From NCBI GenBank assembly GCA_016931955.1, contig JAFGDV010000045.1, forward strand, positions 1-55,820: 55,820 bases of DNA. Direction: 5' to 3'. Source of the DNA: Candidatus Altiarchaeota archaeon (GTDB lineage: Archaea > Altiarchaeota > Altiarchaeia > IMC4 > QMZM01). The notes below the pieces were generated by a model. It did not search any database and was not told where the DNA came from. It was given only the letters and a program-made list of their open reading frames with translations. Of the stretch, positions 8,752-18,626 are shown piece by piece. The stretch's first letter is position 1. Each line of letters opens with the position of its first letter. The translations under genes were made by a program, and so were the position numbers.

Positions 8752-9504
8752 ATGACGACTAAGAGGTCCAAATCGCGCAAAGGCAAAAAAACCAAAGTTG
8801 GATCTGCAGACTCTTCAAGGGTGGATAGGCTAGAGGGAGAACTGAGAAAACTCGAAGAAGAGGAGAAATCACTCGAGAATAGGTTGACCGAACTCGAGGA
8901 AAAAGAGGTCGAGCTTGCAAAGACTGTAAGCGAGCTTGCGCAGGTGAAGAAGCGCAGACCTGATTTTCTGATAAACTATATGTCCTCTAAGAATAAAGGA
9001 CTCGTCGCAGAGGTGAAACCCACCTCAACTGTCATGATAACAGAAGAAAGGAGGGAAAAAACAAAGGAGTTAATAGAGGACATCTCACTCTCACATCCCA
9101 CCAAAAAGATCGAGGAACCTAAGACAGAAGAGAAGATAACCGAAGTGGACAGAAAACAACTTTTGGAGGCGCATATAAAGAAGGTGTTAGAGAATCAAGA
9201 GCTTAGGAAGATGAGAGAACAGGAAAAACAGGAGATACTTAACTCAAAAATACCTGTAAAAGAGCTTAAGATGAACAAGCAACAATCTGATGCAAGCCAC
9301 CTCTTCCAAGCACTTATGGTGGAGGGTGTGTTGACAGTAGACGAAGCCTCAAGACTTCTTAGAACCGACAAAGACATCATAAACACGTGGGCTAAGGATC
9401 TGGAGAGCTCAGGCATCATAGAAGTGAGCAGACCACTCTATGGGTCTCCGAAACTTAAACTGAAAAGGCTTCCCGCCCAGATGAAGAAAACCCTGATCAA
9501 ATAA
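8752..9504 (+). CDS. Hypothetical protein: basic N-terminus, coiled coil, C-terminal winged helix
   Basis: Heptad E/K/L-rich segment at about aa 25-66; C-terminal LTVDEASRLLRTDKDIINTWAKDLESSGIIEVSRP is a wHTH pattern. Confidence 0.75.
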   Translation: MTTKRSKSRKGKKTKVGSADSSRVDRLEGELRKLEEEEKSLENRLTELEEKEVELAKTVSELAQVKKRRPDFLINYMSSKNKGLVAEVKPTSTVMITEERREKTKELIEDISLSHPTKKIEEPKTEEKITEVDRKQLLEAHIKKVLENQELRKMREQEKQEILNSKIPVKELKMNKQQSDASHLFQALMVEGVLTVDEASRLLRTDKDIINTWAKDLESSGIIEVSRPLYGSPKLKLKRLPAQMKKTLIK

Positions 9505-9507
9505 AGC

Positions 9508-10584
9508 CTATCCGAACCTCTTGGATATCTCCTCTGGCTTATAAACCCCTTCCTCGGTTATGATCTTTGACACGTACTCTGTAGGGGTTATGTCGAATGC
9601 TGGATTTCTCGCCCCAGATTCCTTGGGTGCAATCCTCACCCTGCCTAACTCATTGCTGGGATCAAGCCCCCACATGTACAACACCTCGTCCTCGTCTCTC
9701 TCCTCTATTTCCACATCATCCACTGTCTTGCAATGAAAGTCGAATGTGCTCTCTGGGGCGGCTACATAGAACGGTATGCTGTTTTCACGGGCGAGAACCG
9801 CTTTTTCGTACGTTCCTATCTTGTTCACAACATCGCCATTGCTGTTAATCCTGTCGGCTCCCACGATCACGAGATCGATTTCCCCTTTTCTCATGAGATA
9901 CCCTGCTGCATTGTCGACTATGATGCAGTGCTTTATATCCTCCTGCACAAGCTCCCACGCAGTCAACCTAGAACCCTGACATCTTGGCCTTGTCTCGTCT
10001 ATGAAAACGAACGGATTTTTGCCATCATACTCAGCCGCCCTTATGGGGGCGAGAGCCGTTCCATGGTCCACGCAACCTAAGGCGCCAGCATTACAGTGCG
10101 TCAGTACTCTGGCAGAATCCTTGATCAGAGGTTCACCGTTTAAGCCGATCAGCCTGCATCTTCCAGCGCTTTCGTCCGCATACTTCTGCGAAGCCTTACG
10201 CAGAATTGATTGGGCCTCGTCCACGGAGCCTGCAATCCTCATCTCATCCATCATCTTCTTAACTGCGTAAAACAGGTCGTAGGCTGTGGGTCTTGTATTC
10301 TTAATCGTCTTCTCTGCTTTCTCCATATGCCTCAGGAAATCCCTGAAGTCTTTGCCCTTGAACTCCAACGCCGCCTGAGCTACCCCAAATGCTGCAGTAG
10401 CCCCTATTGCAGGAGCCCCCCTCACCACCATGTTTTTGATGGCTGCAACAGTTTCTCTATAATCCTTCGATCCATATGTCTCAAACCGATGAGGCAGTTT
10501 CGGTTGATCAATCATATACACTACTGAGCCTTCCATCCAGACCGTCCTGTAATCCCTCACTTCGGAGTTAAACTTCACCTTCAT
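9508..10584 (-). CDS. mtnA: S-methyl-5-thioribose-1-phosphate isomerase
   Basis: IDQPKLP, MVVRGAPAIG, THCNAGAL, DETRP, GADRI, NKIGTYEKA, NPAFDITP. Confidence 0.93.
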   Translation of the reverse strand: MKVKFNSEVRDYRTVWMEGSVVYMIDQPKLPHRFETYGSKDYRETVAAIKNMVVRGAPAIGATAAFGVAQAALEFKGKDFRDFLRHMEKAEKTIKNTRPTAYDLFYAVKKMMDEMRIAGSVDEAQSILRKASQKYADESAGRCRLIGLNGEPLIKDSARVLTHCNAGALGCVDHGTALAPIRAAEYDGKNPFVFIDETRPRCQGSRLTAWELVQEDIKHCIIVDNAAGYLMRKGEIDLVIVGADRINSNGDVVNKIGTYEKAVLARENSIPFYVAAPESTFDFHCKTVDDVEIEERDEDEVLYMWGLDPSNELGRVRIAPKESGARNPAFDITPTEYVSKIITEEGVYKPEEISKRFG

Positions 10585-11164
10585 CCTCGAACCTCCTATG
10601 CACCTTCATCAGCTCATCCAATGCCTCCCCCAGATTTCTGCCAACTGAGACGCTCCCATGGTCTCGGATCAACACGTAATCTGACTTTCTAAGAGCTTCA
10701 ACCACCTCCCTCGCCTGCTCCAATGTGCCGTATGATACCTTTTTCTTTGTTATCGTAATACCTAATTCACCCGCAAGCCCCTGTTTTTTAAGAACCAGCT
10801 GATCGTGTGCATGCACTACGGCGTTCACTTCAGGGAACTCCTGATAGATCATCCAGTGCATGGGTGTCTCAGAAGAAGGCTCAACTCTGCCGCAAACCTT
10901 TGCCGTGTTTGTCTTCTCATCGTAGTCAACCACCTTCACTATATCCTCCCTCATAAGTTCTTTGAATGACCTGCCCCCTGCCTTGATAAGCATTCCTTCA
11001 CTCTCCCTGACACTTATGTTGCCCGCATTAGCCTCAGCCATATCCTCTGAAGCCAAAGCCCTGCTCACACGCAGAAACTCCTTCAAGGTTGATTCATCCA
11101 ACCTGAGATCTCTCTCAAGAAACACGGTCCTGAACTTCCTGCCCACATACTCCTCCCCATCCAT
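10568..11164 (-). CDS. Class II aldolase/adducin family protein (FucA/MtnB-like)
   Basis: AGNISVR, PSSETPMH, VVHAH, DHG metal ligands; overlaps the start of mtnA. Confidence 0.85.
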   Translation of the reverse strand: MDGEEYVGRKFRTVFLERDLRLDESTLKEFLRVSRALASEDMAEANAGNISVRESEGMLIKAGGRSFKELMREDIVKVVDYDEKTNTAKVCGRVEPSSETPMHWMIYQEFPEVNAVVHAHDQLVLKKQGLAGELGITITKKKVSYGTLEQAREVVEALRKSDYVLIRDHGSVSVGRNLGEALDELMKVHRRFEDEGEV

Positions 11165-11206
11165 TGTTATTTATTCTCCTAAACCGATAAATAAGTCGAG
11201 CCTAAA

Positions 11207-12454
11207 ATGGATTATAACGTGAAAGACATCAAGCTCGCAGGTGCGGGAAAACTGAAGATCGAATGGGCTGAGGAGCATATGCCCGTCCTGATGGAGATCA
11301 AGAAGGAGTTCCAGAAAACCAAACCAATGAGGAGCATACGGGTAGGGTTTGCACTGCATGTCACAAAGGAGACTGCTGTGTTGGTGAAGACCCTGATAGC
11401 CGGCGGAGCGGATGTTGCAATAGCTGGATGCAATCCCCTGTCGACTCAGGATGACGTCGCAGCCGCCCTGGCAGAAGACGGAGTAAAGGTCTACGCCTGG
11501 CGCGGCGAAACAAAAGAGGAATACTATGAGAACATAAACAGGGTATTGGACTTCAAGCCTGAGATAACGATAGATGATGGGGGAGACCTTGTCTTCACAG
11601 TACACAAGGAAAGGCAGGATCTGATAAAAGACATCCGAGGAGGATGCGAGGAAACCACTACTGGAATAATAAGGCTTAAGGCGATGGAAAAAGACGGTGC
11701 ATTAAGGTATCCCGTCATGGACGTCAACGATGCGAAGACGAAGCACTTCTTTGATAACAGGTACGGCACAGGTCAGTCCACAATAGACGGCATCCTCAGA
11801 GCCACTAATGTGTTGCTTGCTGGGAAAAACTTCGTCGTCGCAGGCTACGGATTCTGCGGGAGAGGCGTTGCAACGCGTGCAAAAGGCATGGGCTCCAACG
11901 TCATAGTCGCCGAAACAGATCCTACGAGGGCGCTTGAGGCAGTGATGGATGGCTTCAGGGTGATGCCATTGAAAGAGGCCTCAAGGATAGGGGACATCTT
12001 CCTCACAGTTACGGGGAACATGGCCGTCCTGGGGAAGGAACACTTTAAGCTGATGAAGAACGGCGCAATACTTGCGAACTCCGGCCACTTTAATGTTGAG
12101 ATAAACATCCCAGAGCTTGAAGGGCTTTCAATGGAGAAAAAGAGGATTAGAGAAAACGTGGAAAAATACACTTTAAAGGATGGACGACACCTTTATCTGC
12201 TGACCGAAGGCAGGCTTGTGAACCTGGCAGCCGCGGAAGGCCACCCCTCCGAGGTCATGGATATGAGCTTCGCGAACCAAGCGATGGCGGTTAAATATCT
12301 CCTGGAGAACAGGCTTGAGGCCGGCCTCTACAAGATTCCTAAGGAAGTGGATGACATGATAGCCGCCTTGAAGCTGAAGACGATGGATGTTGGAATAGAC
12401 CTTCTCAGCGAGAAACAGAGGAAGTACTTGGAGAGTTGGGAGGAGGGAACATAA
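11207..12454 (+). CDS. ahcY: Adenosylhomocysteinase
   Basis: CNPLSTQD, DDGGD, EETTTG, FDNRYGTGQS, GYGFCGRG, GHFNVEI, GHPSEVMDMSF. Confidence 0.98.
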   Translation: MDYNVKDIKLAGAGKLKIEWAEEHMPVLMEIKKEFQKTKPMRSIRVGFALHVTKETAVLVKTLIAGGADVAIAGCNPLSTQDDVAAALAEDGVKVYAWRGETKEEYYENINRVLDFKPEITIDDGGDLVFTVHKERQDLIKDIRGGCEETTTGIIRLKAMEKDGALRYPVMDVNDAKTKHFFDNRYGTGQSTIDGILRATNVLLAGKNFVVAGYGFCGRGVATRAKGMGSNVIVAETDPTRALEAVMDGFRVMPLKEASRIGDIFLTVTGNMAVLGKEHFKLMKNGAILANSGHFNVEINIPELEGLSMEKKRIRENVEKYTLKDGRHLYLLTEGRLVNLAAAEGHPSEVMDMSFANQAMAVKYLLENRLEAGLYKIPKEVDDMIAALKLKTMDVGIDLLSEKQRKYLESWEEGT

Positions 12455-12487
12455 TAACCTGTAATCACAGATATTAACGAGGAGAAA

Positions 12488-13048
12488 ATGAGTGAAAAGA
12501 TTAAGTTGATAGGAGACTATCTTGGGACGATAGAGGAGTTTGTTCCCTGTGAGGGAACCTACTCGGATGATGGAAAGATCTATGCGTCAAACATAGGTAA
12601 AGCAGTCCTCGACCAAGAAAACCACATAGCTAGGATAGAGGCTAAGATGCCTTCTGAGATGAAGGTTGGACAGGTAATCTTCGGAGACGTCATGGGTATG
12701 AGGAAGAACACCGTCACAGTTATTGCGAGAAAGATTCAAGGCATTAAGGGAGATATCGACGTGAAGACAGGCCTCTACGTCTCAAACATTGCAAAAAACT
12801 ATGTGGAAAAACCCGAGGACTTTTTTGGTATAGGGGACATCATCAAAGCCAAGGTTTTGAAGATAGAGCATGGATTGATAGACATAACAACCAAGGAAGA
12901 TGATTTTGGCGTAGTAAAGGCCTTCTGTAAGCGCTGCAGATACCCTTTGGAGAAGGCAGATGACCAAAATAGGTTGACCTGTCCCAGTTGCGGCCACCGC
13001 GAGAACCGCAAGCTTTCCAAGGACTTCGGTAATGTCGAAACAATCTGA
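12488..13048 (+). CDS. csl4: Exosome RNA-binding cap protein Csl4
   Basis: IGDYLGTIEEF..EGTY, S1 domain, C-terminal Zn ribbon CKRC...CPSCGHRENRKLS. Confidence 0.92.
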   Translation: MSEKIKLIGDYLGTIEEFVPCEGTYSDDGKIYASNIGKAVLDQENHIARIEAKMPSEMKVGQVIFGDVMGMRKNTVTVIARKIQGIKGDIDVKTGLYVSNIAKNYVEKPEDFFGIGDIIKAKVLKIEHGLIDITTKEDDFGVVKAFCKRCRYPLEKADDQNRLTCPSCGHRENRKLSKDFGNVETI

Positions 13049-13050
13049 AA

Positions 13051-14019
13051 ATGGGGGTAAATCTCAAGGATATTGTACCACATGAGCCCTTGGACTTTCA
13101 GGATCTGAGGGGGAGGGTGATCGCTATCGATGCGTTAAACTCCCTCTACCAGTTTCTCTCGATCATCAGGCAACCTGACGGCACCCCTCTGATGGATTCC
13201 CATGGCAGAATAACGTCCCATCTATCAGGTCTGCTCTATAGGACAACCCGCCTTCTCGAGTACGGAATCAAGCCACTGTATGTCTTCGACGGCACACCTC
13301 CGGTCTTAAAGAAGAAGACCATCGAGGAGAGAAGAGAATCAAAGAAAAAAGCTGGGGAAGAATGGAAGAAGGCTCAAGAGGAAGGCAGACTCGAGGATGC
13401 TCGGAGATTTGCAAGCCGCACCTCTCGCTTCACTGACGAAATGTTGTCCGATTCCAAGAAACTTCTTGGTTTCATGGGTATTCCATTCATCCAAGCCCCA
13501 TCCGAGGGTGAAGCTCAATGCGCTCACCTTTGCAGGAAAGATGATGCTTGGGGTGTCGGCAGCCAGGACTACGACGCCCTACTGTTCGGAGCGCCTCACC
13601 TGGTGAAGGGTCTCACATTGAGCGGCAAATTCGAATTAAGCATCGTGCACTTGGAGAATCTCTTGAAGGGCCTGGATGTCACAAGAGAGCAGCTTATCGA
13701 TGTCGCAATTTTAGTGGGAACAGACTTCAATGAGGGCGTTAAGGGTATAGGCCCGAAGAAGGCACTTAAGGCAGTTAAGGAGGGCAGATTAGGTGGACTT
13801 GATCTGGACTTCGACATCGACGAGGTCAGGGAAATATTCCTCAATCCTAACACGACGGACGACTACAACATAGAATGGAGGAATCCCCTCGGGGATTCTC
13901 TGATCGAGTTCCTCTGCGAGGAGCATGAATTCTCCACTGAACGGATCGAAAAAGCCACTAGCAACCTTGAGAAATCACTGAAGGAATTCACTCAGAGAGA
14001 CCTGAGCGCCTGGTTCTGA
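13051..14019 (+). CDS. fen: Flap endonuclease 1
   Basis: MGV, IAIDALN, YQFLSIIRQPDG, VFDG, APSEGEAQ, SQDYD, GTDFN, C-terminal PIP box QRDLSAWF. Confidence 0.97.
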   Translation: MGVNLKDIVPHEPLDFQDLRGRVIAIDALNSLYQFLSIIRQPDGTPLMDSHGRITSHLSGLLYRTTRLLEYGIKPLYVFDGTPPVLKKKTIEERRESKKKAGEEWKKAQEEGRLEDARRFASRTSRFTDEMLSDSKKLLGFMGIPFIQAPSEGEAQCAHLCRKDDAWGVGSQDYDALLFGAPHLVKGLTLSGKFELSIVHLENLLKGLDVTREQLIDVAILVGTDFNEGVKGIGPKKALKAVKEGRLGGLDLDFDIDEVREIFLNPNTTDDYNIEWRNPLGDSLIEFLCEEHEFSTERIEKATSNLEKSLKEFTQRDLSAWF

Positions 14020-14051
14020 AGGTTTTTAATCAGAGCGTAAAAGAATATAAC

Positions 14052-14822
14052 ATGCAGGACGGTTTCGAGTTTTTTACGGCTATGACGGCGGGTTTTGTCG
14101 GCGGCTTCATTGTCTTCCTTAATGGTTTTCTACTCCTCTTGAAGAAGAGGCTTATCGAGAACCTGCCTGCTTCTAAGATCCGCTCCCTTGCAATGGGTTT
14201 GGTCAAGTTGTGCGGTGAGGTCGAATCTGGAACCGAACTGCTGAAGAGCCCCTTCTTCCTCAAAGACTGTATTTATTATAGATACGTTATTGAACGTCGG
14301 ACTAAAGGAGGCAGATCTGAGAAGTGGGAGACCCTGAAGACTGAATCAGAGTCTGTGAGATTCCTCCTGCGGGATGAGACAGGGTCCATCCTCGTGGATC
14401 CCGCAGGAGCTGAAATTAACACAAACAAGGGCCTTGAGTGGTCTATCGGAGGAGAACACAAGCCTTCCAATCAGGAGGAGGAGTTCCTAGCCTTCCATGG
14501 CATAGAAACCAAGGATCTGTTTGGTCTTGGATACAAGATGAGGTACCGAGAATATTTTATTGAGCCAAGTGATGCATTATACATCCTGGGGACTGCTGCA
14601 GACAATCCCTCTGCCGAGGACGGGAGCTTCCAGGAGAATGTGGAGGATATCATGATCCAGAAGGGTGGGAAAAATAAGCCTTACATCATCTCAGAAAGAG
14701 AGGAGAGTGAATTCCTCAGAAGGTTGAGCAGAGAATCCAGGATACGGATAATCGGCGGAGCACTGATATCAATATTCTGCCTGATTATGTTGTTCTACTT
14801 CACGTATTATATCCCAAGTTGA
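14052..14822 (+). CDS. GIDE/BAM-domain membrane protein
   Basis: Two terminal TM helices flanking IENLPASKIRSLAMGLVKL.G, F.LRDETGSILVDP.GAE, YREYFIEP, YILGTA, PYIISEREE. Confidence 0.78.
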   Translation: MQDGFEFFTAMTAGFVGGFIVFLNGFLLLLKKRLIENLPASKIRSLAMGLVKLCGEVESGTELLKSPFFLKDCIYYRYVIERRTKGGRSEKWETLKTESESVRFLLRDETGSILVDPAGAEINTNKGLEWSIGGEHKPSNQEEEFLAFHGIETKDLFGLGYKMRYREYFIEPSDALYILGTAADNPSAEDGSFQENVEDIMIQKGGKNKPYIISEREESEFLRRLSRESRIRIIGGALISIFCLIMLFYFTYYIPS

Positions 14823-14923
14823 TGAGCTTTATTGTCGTTTGGTATATTGACCTATTGCCGATTCATAATAGTTACAACATTCATGTGATGCTGAGGAAAA
14901 ACATAAAGAGGTCTTAGAAGCAG

Positions 14924-16315
14924 TTAAGCCCTCGACTCCGGTCTGTCTTTTCTTTTCACATGTTGCAGAGACCTTTGGATTTCCGTCACCGCCTTATAGG
15001 TTAGACCTATGATCGGTCCGGTGCCGTTGTACCTTATGAAAAAGTCTCTCGAGCTTATCTCTTCTACACTACGTCTCTCCTTTAGCCTGGGGAGAAACAG
15101 TAGGGATGCAATACCCCGCACCAGCCCGGATATGAGGAATATCACCTGCAGGCTTGAGTAGAAGATCCAAGACGAGGTTATCGTAAAAGCCAGTAAACCC
15201 CCGACCATCGATCCCATGAAGAGGGACACTCCAGCAAGAACGTTGTGGTAGGCGAAAACCCTCGTCCTGTTTTCTGGCTTTACGTTGTCGTATACGAAGT
15301 TCATCGATGAAAGGTTGAATCCAGCCCAGACGAAACCCGAAACAACCTGAGCGAATATCAGGTATATGATATCCTTAGAGAAGAGCCACAGTATGGGTAC
15401 TACGACGATAGACATCCCAGAGAAGCTCAGTATCCTCCTGTTCCCAAACCTGTCGGCGAGGTTTCCCCAATGGGTCATAGCCAAGAAAGAGGTTAATGCT
15501 GCACTGGCTGTTACTATAGTGTACTCCAGGTAGGGCATCTGCAGGTCCCTTAGCATATAGACTGTAAAGAACGGAGACGCTATGTAGACGCTGAAGTTCA
15601 TAAGAGCAAAGTACAGGGCGAATCTGCCATAGTTTGTCTCCTTAAGCCTTCTGAGATACTGGATGAATGAGAATTCATTTTCTTTGTCTGATTTCATCGG
15701 AGGGTCTTCGCTCTTCTTAAGGTAGTGCCATGAAACCAGCCTCGCTATGAATGCAATGGAAAAGATTAAAACGAAGCCTTGCATGATTTCTTCCTTCGGA
15801 AAAAGGCTGAGCAGAAAGCCTGCAATGAACAAGGATATGAACGCTGTTGCACCATTTATCCTGTTCCTCATACCAAAGAATCTGCCCCTGACTCCTTCAC
15901 TGACGAGGTCGCCTATGAGGCTGTTCCATACAGGTACTATGAAATGGCCGAATACGAAATACAATGTCACGAGTAGGATCAACAGCAAAATCTTGTTCTC
16001 AAATAGGAGCAGGGTTATCGACATCAGCGGAAGCCACGTCAAGGCCTGCAGTAATACAAAGAGGGTTATTGTCTTCTTCCTGCTCTTTAGGTATGATGTC
16101 ACCCTTGACGTGTATAGTTGAAGCAATGCTGCAATGAATTGTGGAGTGGAGACGAGCATCCCTATCTCAAGGTTTGATGCCCCCAGTTCAATAGCGAGGG
16201 GGCTGAAGTATTGTTCCCCAAAGCCGGTCATCGCAGAAAACGCTGCGCCGTCTTTTATCGAGTACTTAAGGCTTTTCCCGTTCTTATCCTTCAAAACATC
16301 CCCGTCCAAGAGCAT
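14924..16315 (-). CDS. Major facilitator superfamily transporter
   Basis: About 12 TM helices; WGNLADRFGNRRIL (motif A), WNSLIGDLV..RGRFFG. Confidence 0.9.
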   Translation of the reverse strand: MLLDGDVLKDKNGKSLKYSIKDGAAFSAMTGFGEQYFSPLAIELGASNLEIGMLVSTPQFIAALLQLYTSRVTSYLKSRKKTITLFVLLQALTWLPLMSITLLLFENKILLLILLVTLYFVFGHFIVPVWNSLIGDLVSEGVRGRFFGMRNRINGATAFISLFIAGFLLSLFPKEEIMQGFVLIFSIAFIARLVSWHYLKKSEDPPMKSDKENEFSFIQYLRRLKETNYGRFALYFALMNFSVYIASPFFTVYMLRDLQMPYLEYTIVTASAALTSFLAMTHWGNLADRFGNRRILSFSGMSIVVVPILWLFSKDIIYLIFAQVVSGFVWAGFNLSSMNFVYDNVKPENRTRVFAYHNVLAGVSLFMGSMVGGLLAFTITSSWIFYSSLQVIFLISGLVRGIASLLFLPRLKERRSVEEISSRDFFIRYNGTGPIIGLTYKAVTEIQRSLQHVKRKDRPESRA

Positions 16316-16374
16316 TTTAGCTGAACCAATACTACTAATATACAGATAACGCTTTTGTTATGTAAATCTATGAA

Positions 16375-16851
16375 ATGTCTTCATATGAACTCGAAGCCAG
16401 AATTCTGGCAGACTTGTGCATGAAATGCGGTGGCAGGTGTTGCCGCAATCATTTCATCTTTCTCTCCGAGTTAGAGTATGTTCGGCTTAAAGAATGCCTG
16501 AACTTCAGGGAAGGATCCTTTGATACTCCATATGGCAGTATGAAGGCAATCGACGCCTTACACGGTAGCTGCCCCTTTTTGGGCAGAGAAGGATGTGTCC
16601 TGGATCCAGAGAAGAGGCCCCTCATCTGCAGGCTGTTCCCTCTTAGATTCATCCTAGAGAAGAAGGGGATAGGCTTTCATCTCTCAACGCTCTGCCCCTT
16701 CAGGGATGAAGTCAGAGTGTTGAAGACTTGGCTGGCTAAGACCCGGGAAGACGCCCTAGAAGAGCTGAAACGCGGTTGGCTGAAGAAGGAGATACTATGT
16801 TATGGACACTACCTGAGGGTGAGTGAAGACAAACTATGTGAGATAGATTAA
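16375..16851 (+). CDS. YkgJ family Cys-cluster (Fe-S/Zn) protein
   Basis: CMKCGGRCC ... CPFL...GC...KRPLICRLFP. Confidence 0.85.
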   Translation: MSSYELEARILADLCMKCGGRCCRNHFIFLSELEYVRLKECLNFREGSFDTPYGSMKAIDALHGSCPFLGREGCVLDPEKRPLICRLFPLRFILEKKGIGFHLSTLCPFRDEVRVLKTWLAKTREDALEELKRGWLKKEILCYGHYLRVSEDKLCEID

Positions 16852-16855
16852 CGGC

Positions 16856-17746
16856 CTACATAGCTTCCAGTGCTTTGATTCTCTTCTCAGCCGGCGGGTG
16901 TGTGCTGAAGAGGTTGTCGAAGAATCCCTCCCTGAAGGGGTTTGCTATATACAGCGGCGCTGAATCTGGGTTCGCCTTCGTCATCGGTATCTTGTTGGCT
17001 GAGATCTTCCGCAGGGCAGAAGCAAGCCCGGGAGGATAACGTGTAAGCAGAGCACCTGATGCGTCAGCCAAGTACTCCCTCTTACGGGAAATAGCGAACC
17101 TGACCATCTGCGCGATGATGGGTGCGATAATAGCAAACAGTATGCCTATTAGGATAATCACGGCTCCTCCTTTTCCCCCACCCCGTCTATTGCCCCTGCC
17201 ATGGAGGAACATCCTGACCAATATATTACTTAGGATTCCTATCAAGCCTATCATGACCATGACGAGGGTCATATACCGTATGTCATAGTTTTTTATATGC
17301 GACAGTTCATGGGCTAAGACGCCCTCCAATTCCTGCCTATTCATTATGTCAAGCAAGCCCTTGGTCACTGCAACTGAGGAATGCCTTGGATCCCGTCCCG
17401 TCGCGAACGCGTTAGGTGAGGGATCATCTATCACATAAATCTTAGGCATCGGTATGCCTGCTGCGATGCTCAAACCCTCCACGGTGTTGTACAGGTGGGG
17501 GTATTCCTGCTTCCGAACCTCCTTTGCATGGTTTATCGCCAGAATCGCCTTATCGCCGAGGTAGTAGCTGAAGAGCATCCATATGACGGCGAAGATAAGG
17601 ATCGCCCCAATTCCAATATATCCTCCCCCAAAGTATGCGCTGATTATGTAGGAGAGGATGAAGGCTATGATAAAGAATATGATGAAGAGGATGTATGACA
17701 TCCTCTTGTTGCCTGAAATCTGGTCGTAGATGTTTACGCGCTCCAT
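16856..17746 (-). CDS. htpX: Membrane zinc metalloprotease HtpX (M48)
   Basis: PNAFATGR, AHELSH, SRKREYLAD, FSTHPP. Confidence 0.95.
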   Translation of the reverse strand: MERVNIYDQISGNKRMSYILFIIFFIIAFILSYIISAYFGGGYIGIGAILIFAVIWMLFSYYLGDKAILAINHAKEVRKQEYPHLYNTVEGLSIAAGIPMPKIYVIDDPSPNAFATGRDPRHSSVAVTKGLLDIMNRQELEGVLAHELSHIKNYDIRYMTLVMVMIGLIGILSNILVRMFLHGRGNRRGGGKGGAVIILIGILFAIIAPIIAQMVRFAISRKREYLADASGALLTRYPPGLASALRKISANKIPMTKANPDSAPLYIANPFREGFFDNLFSTHPPAEKRIKALEAM

Positions 17747-17749
17747 CTC

Positions 17750-18304
17750 CTAGAACCGTACCTTTGGCGCCTCCCTCTCTGTCTCCAGTTTGACCTCGAA
17801 CAATTGTTCTTTATGGAAGCCGAACATTCCCGCGATAACGTTGTAGGGAATCTTCTGTATCCTGATGTTGTATTCCATCACTGAGTCGTTGTAGAATTGC
17901 CGTGAATAGGCTATCTTGTTCTCTGTTCCAGATAGCTCCTCCTGTAGCATCATGAAGTTTTGCGAAGCCTTCAGGTCGGGATAATTCTCTGCCACAGCGA
18001 ACAGGCTCTTCAGTGCCCCTGAGAGCATGTTCTCTGCCTGAGCCTGGGCCTCGACGCCTGAGGCATTTATTGCAGCAGCCCTCGCTTTGGTCACATTCTC
18101 AAATACTTCCCTTTCATGCTTCGCATAGCCTTTAACCGTCTCCACCAGATTGGGGATCAAGTCATACCTCCTCTTAAGCTGCACGTCTATCTGAGCCCAG
18201 GCATTCCTGACCCTGGCTCTCAGCGTTACAAGACCGTTATATATCACAACAAATACTATTGCTATAAAAACCAATATCCCCAAAATCAACAATAAAGAAT
18301 CCAT
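17750..18304 (-). CDS. lemA: LemA family protein
   Basis: [52 protein letters not shown]; SD GAGGTGAT upstream. Confidence 0.96.
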   Translation of the reverse strand: MDSLLLILGILVFIAIVFVVIYNGLVTLRARVRNAWAQIDVQLKRRYDLIPNLVETVKGYAKHEREVFENVTKARAAAINASGVEAQAQAENMLSGALKSLFAVAENYPDLKASQNFMMLQEELSGTENKIAYSRQFYNDSVMEYNIRIQKIPYNVIAGMFGFHKEQLFEVKLETEREAPKVRF

Positions 18305-18365
18305 TTAATCACCTCACCAAGCCTATGCTTTAATATAGACTTAGGTGAATAAATATAGAACTGAG

Positions 18366-18626
18366 ATGGACGTCAACTGGGAGCTTGTCGGTTTAGCTGC
18401 TGCGATACTTACCTCTATGGGTTTCGTGCCGCAGATCGTCAAGGGTTTTAGGACAAAGAGGATGGATGATGTCTCCAGTGAGATGCTGCTGGTCCTCATG
18501 TTGGGGATGCTTCTCTGGTTTCTCTATGGAATGCATCTGCAGGATAGGATAATAGTCGGCGCCAACCTCTTCGGTGTTTTCTCGCTTCTCTTAACATTTG
18601 TATTGAAGAGGCGTTACTCAAAGTAG
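18366..18626 (+). CDS. SemiSWEET / PQ-loop transporter
   Basis: Three TM helices, FVPQIVK, WFLYG, IIVGAN. Confidence 0.88.
   Translation: MDVNWELVGLAAAILTSMGFVPQIVKGFRTKRMDDVSSEMLLVLMLGMLLWFLYGMHLQDRIIVGANLFGVFSLLLTFVLKRRYSK

Noticed and set aside
14819-14894. Possible C/D box sRNA (TTGATGA ... CTGA)
   Set aside because: The C box is just the GIDE stop codon context, the span is long and C'/D' boxes are not correctly spaced
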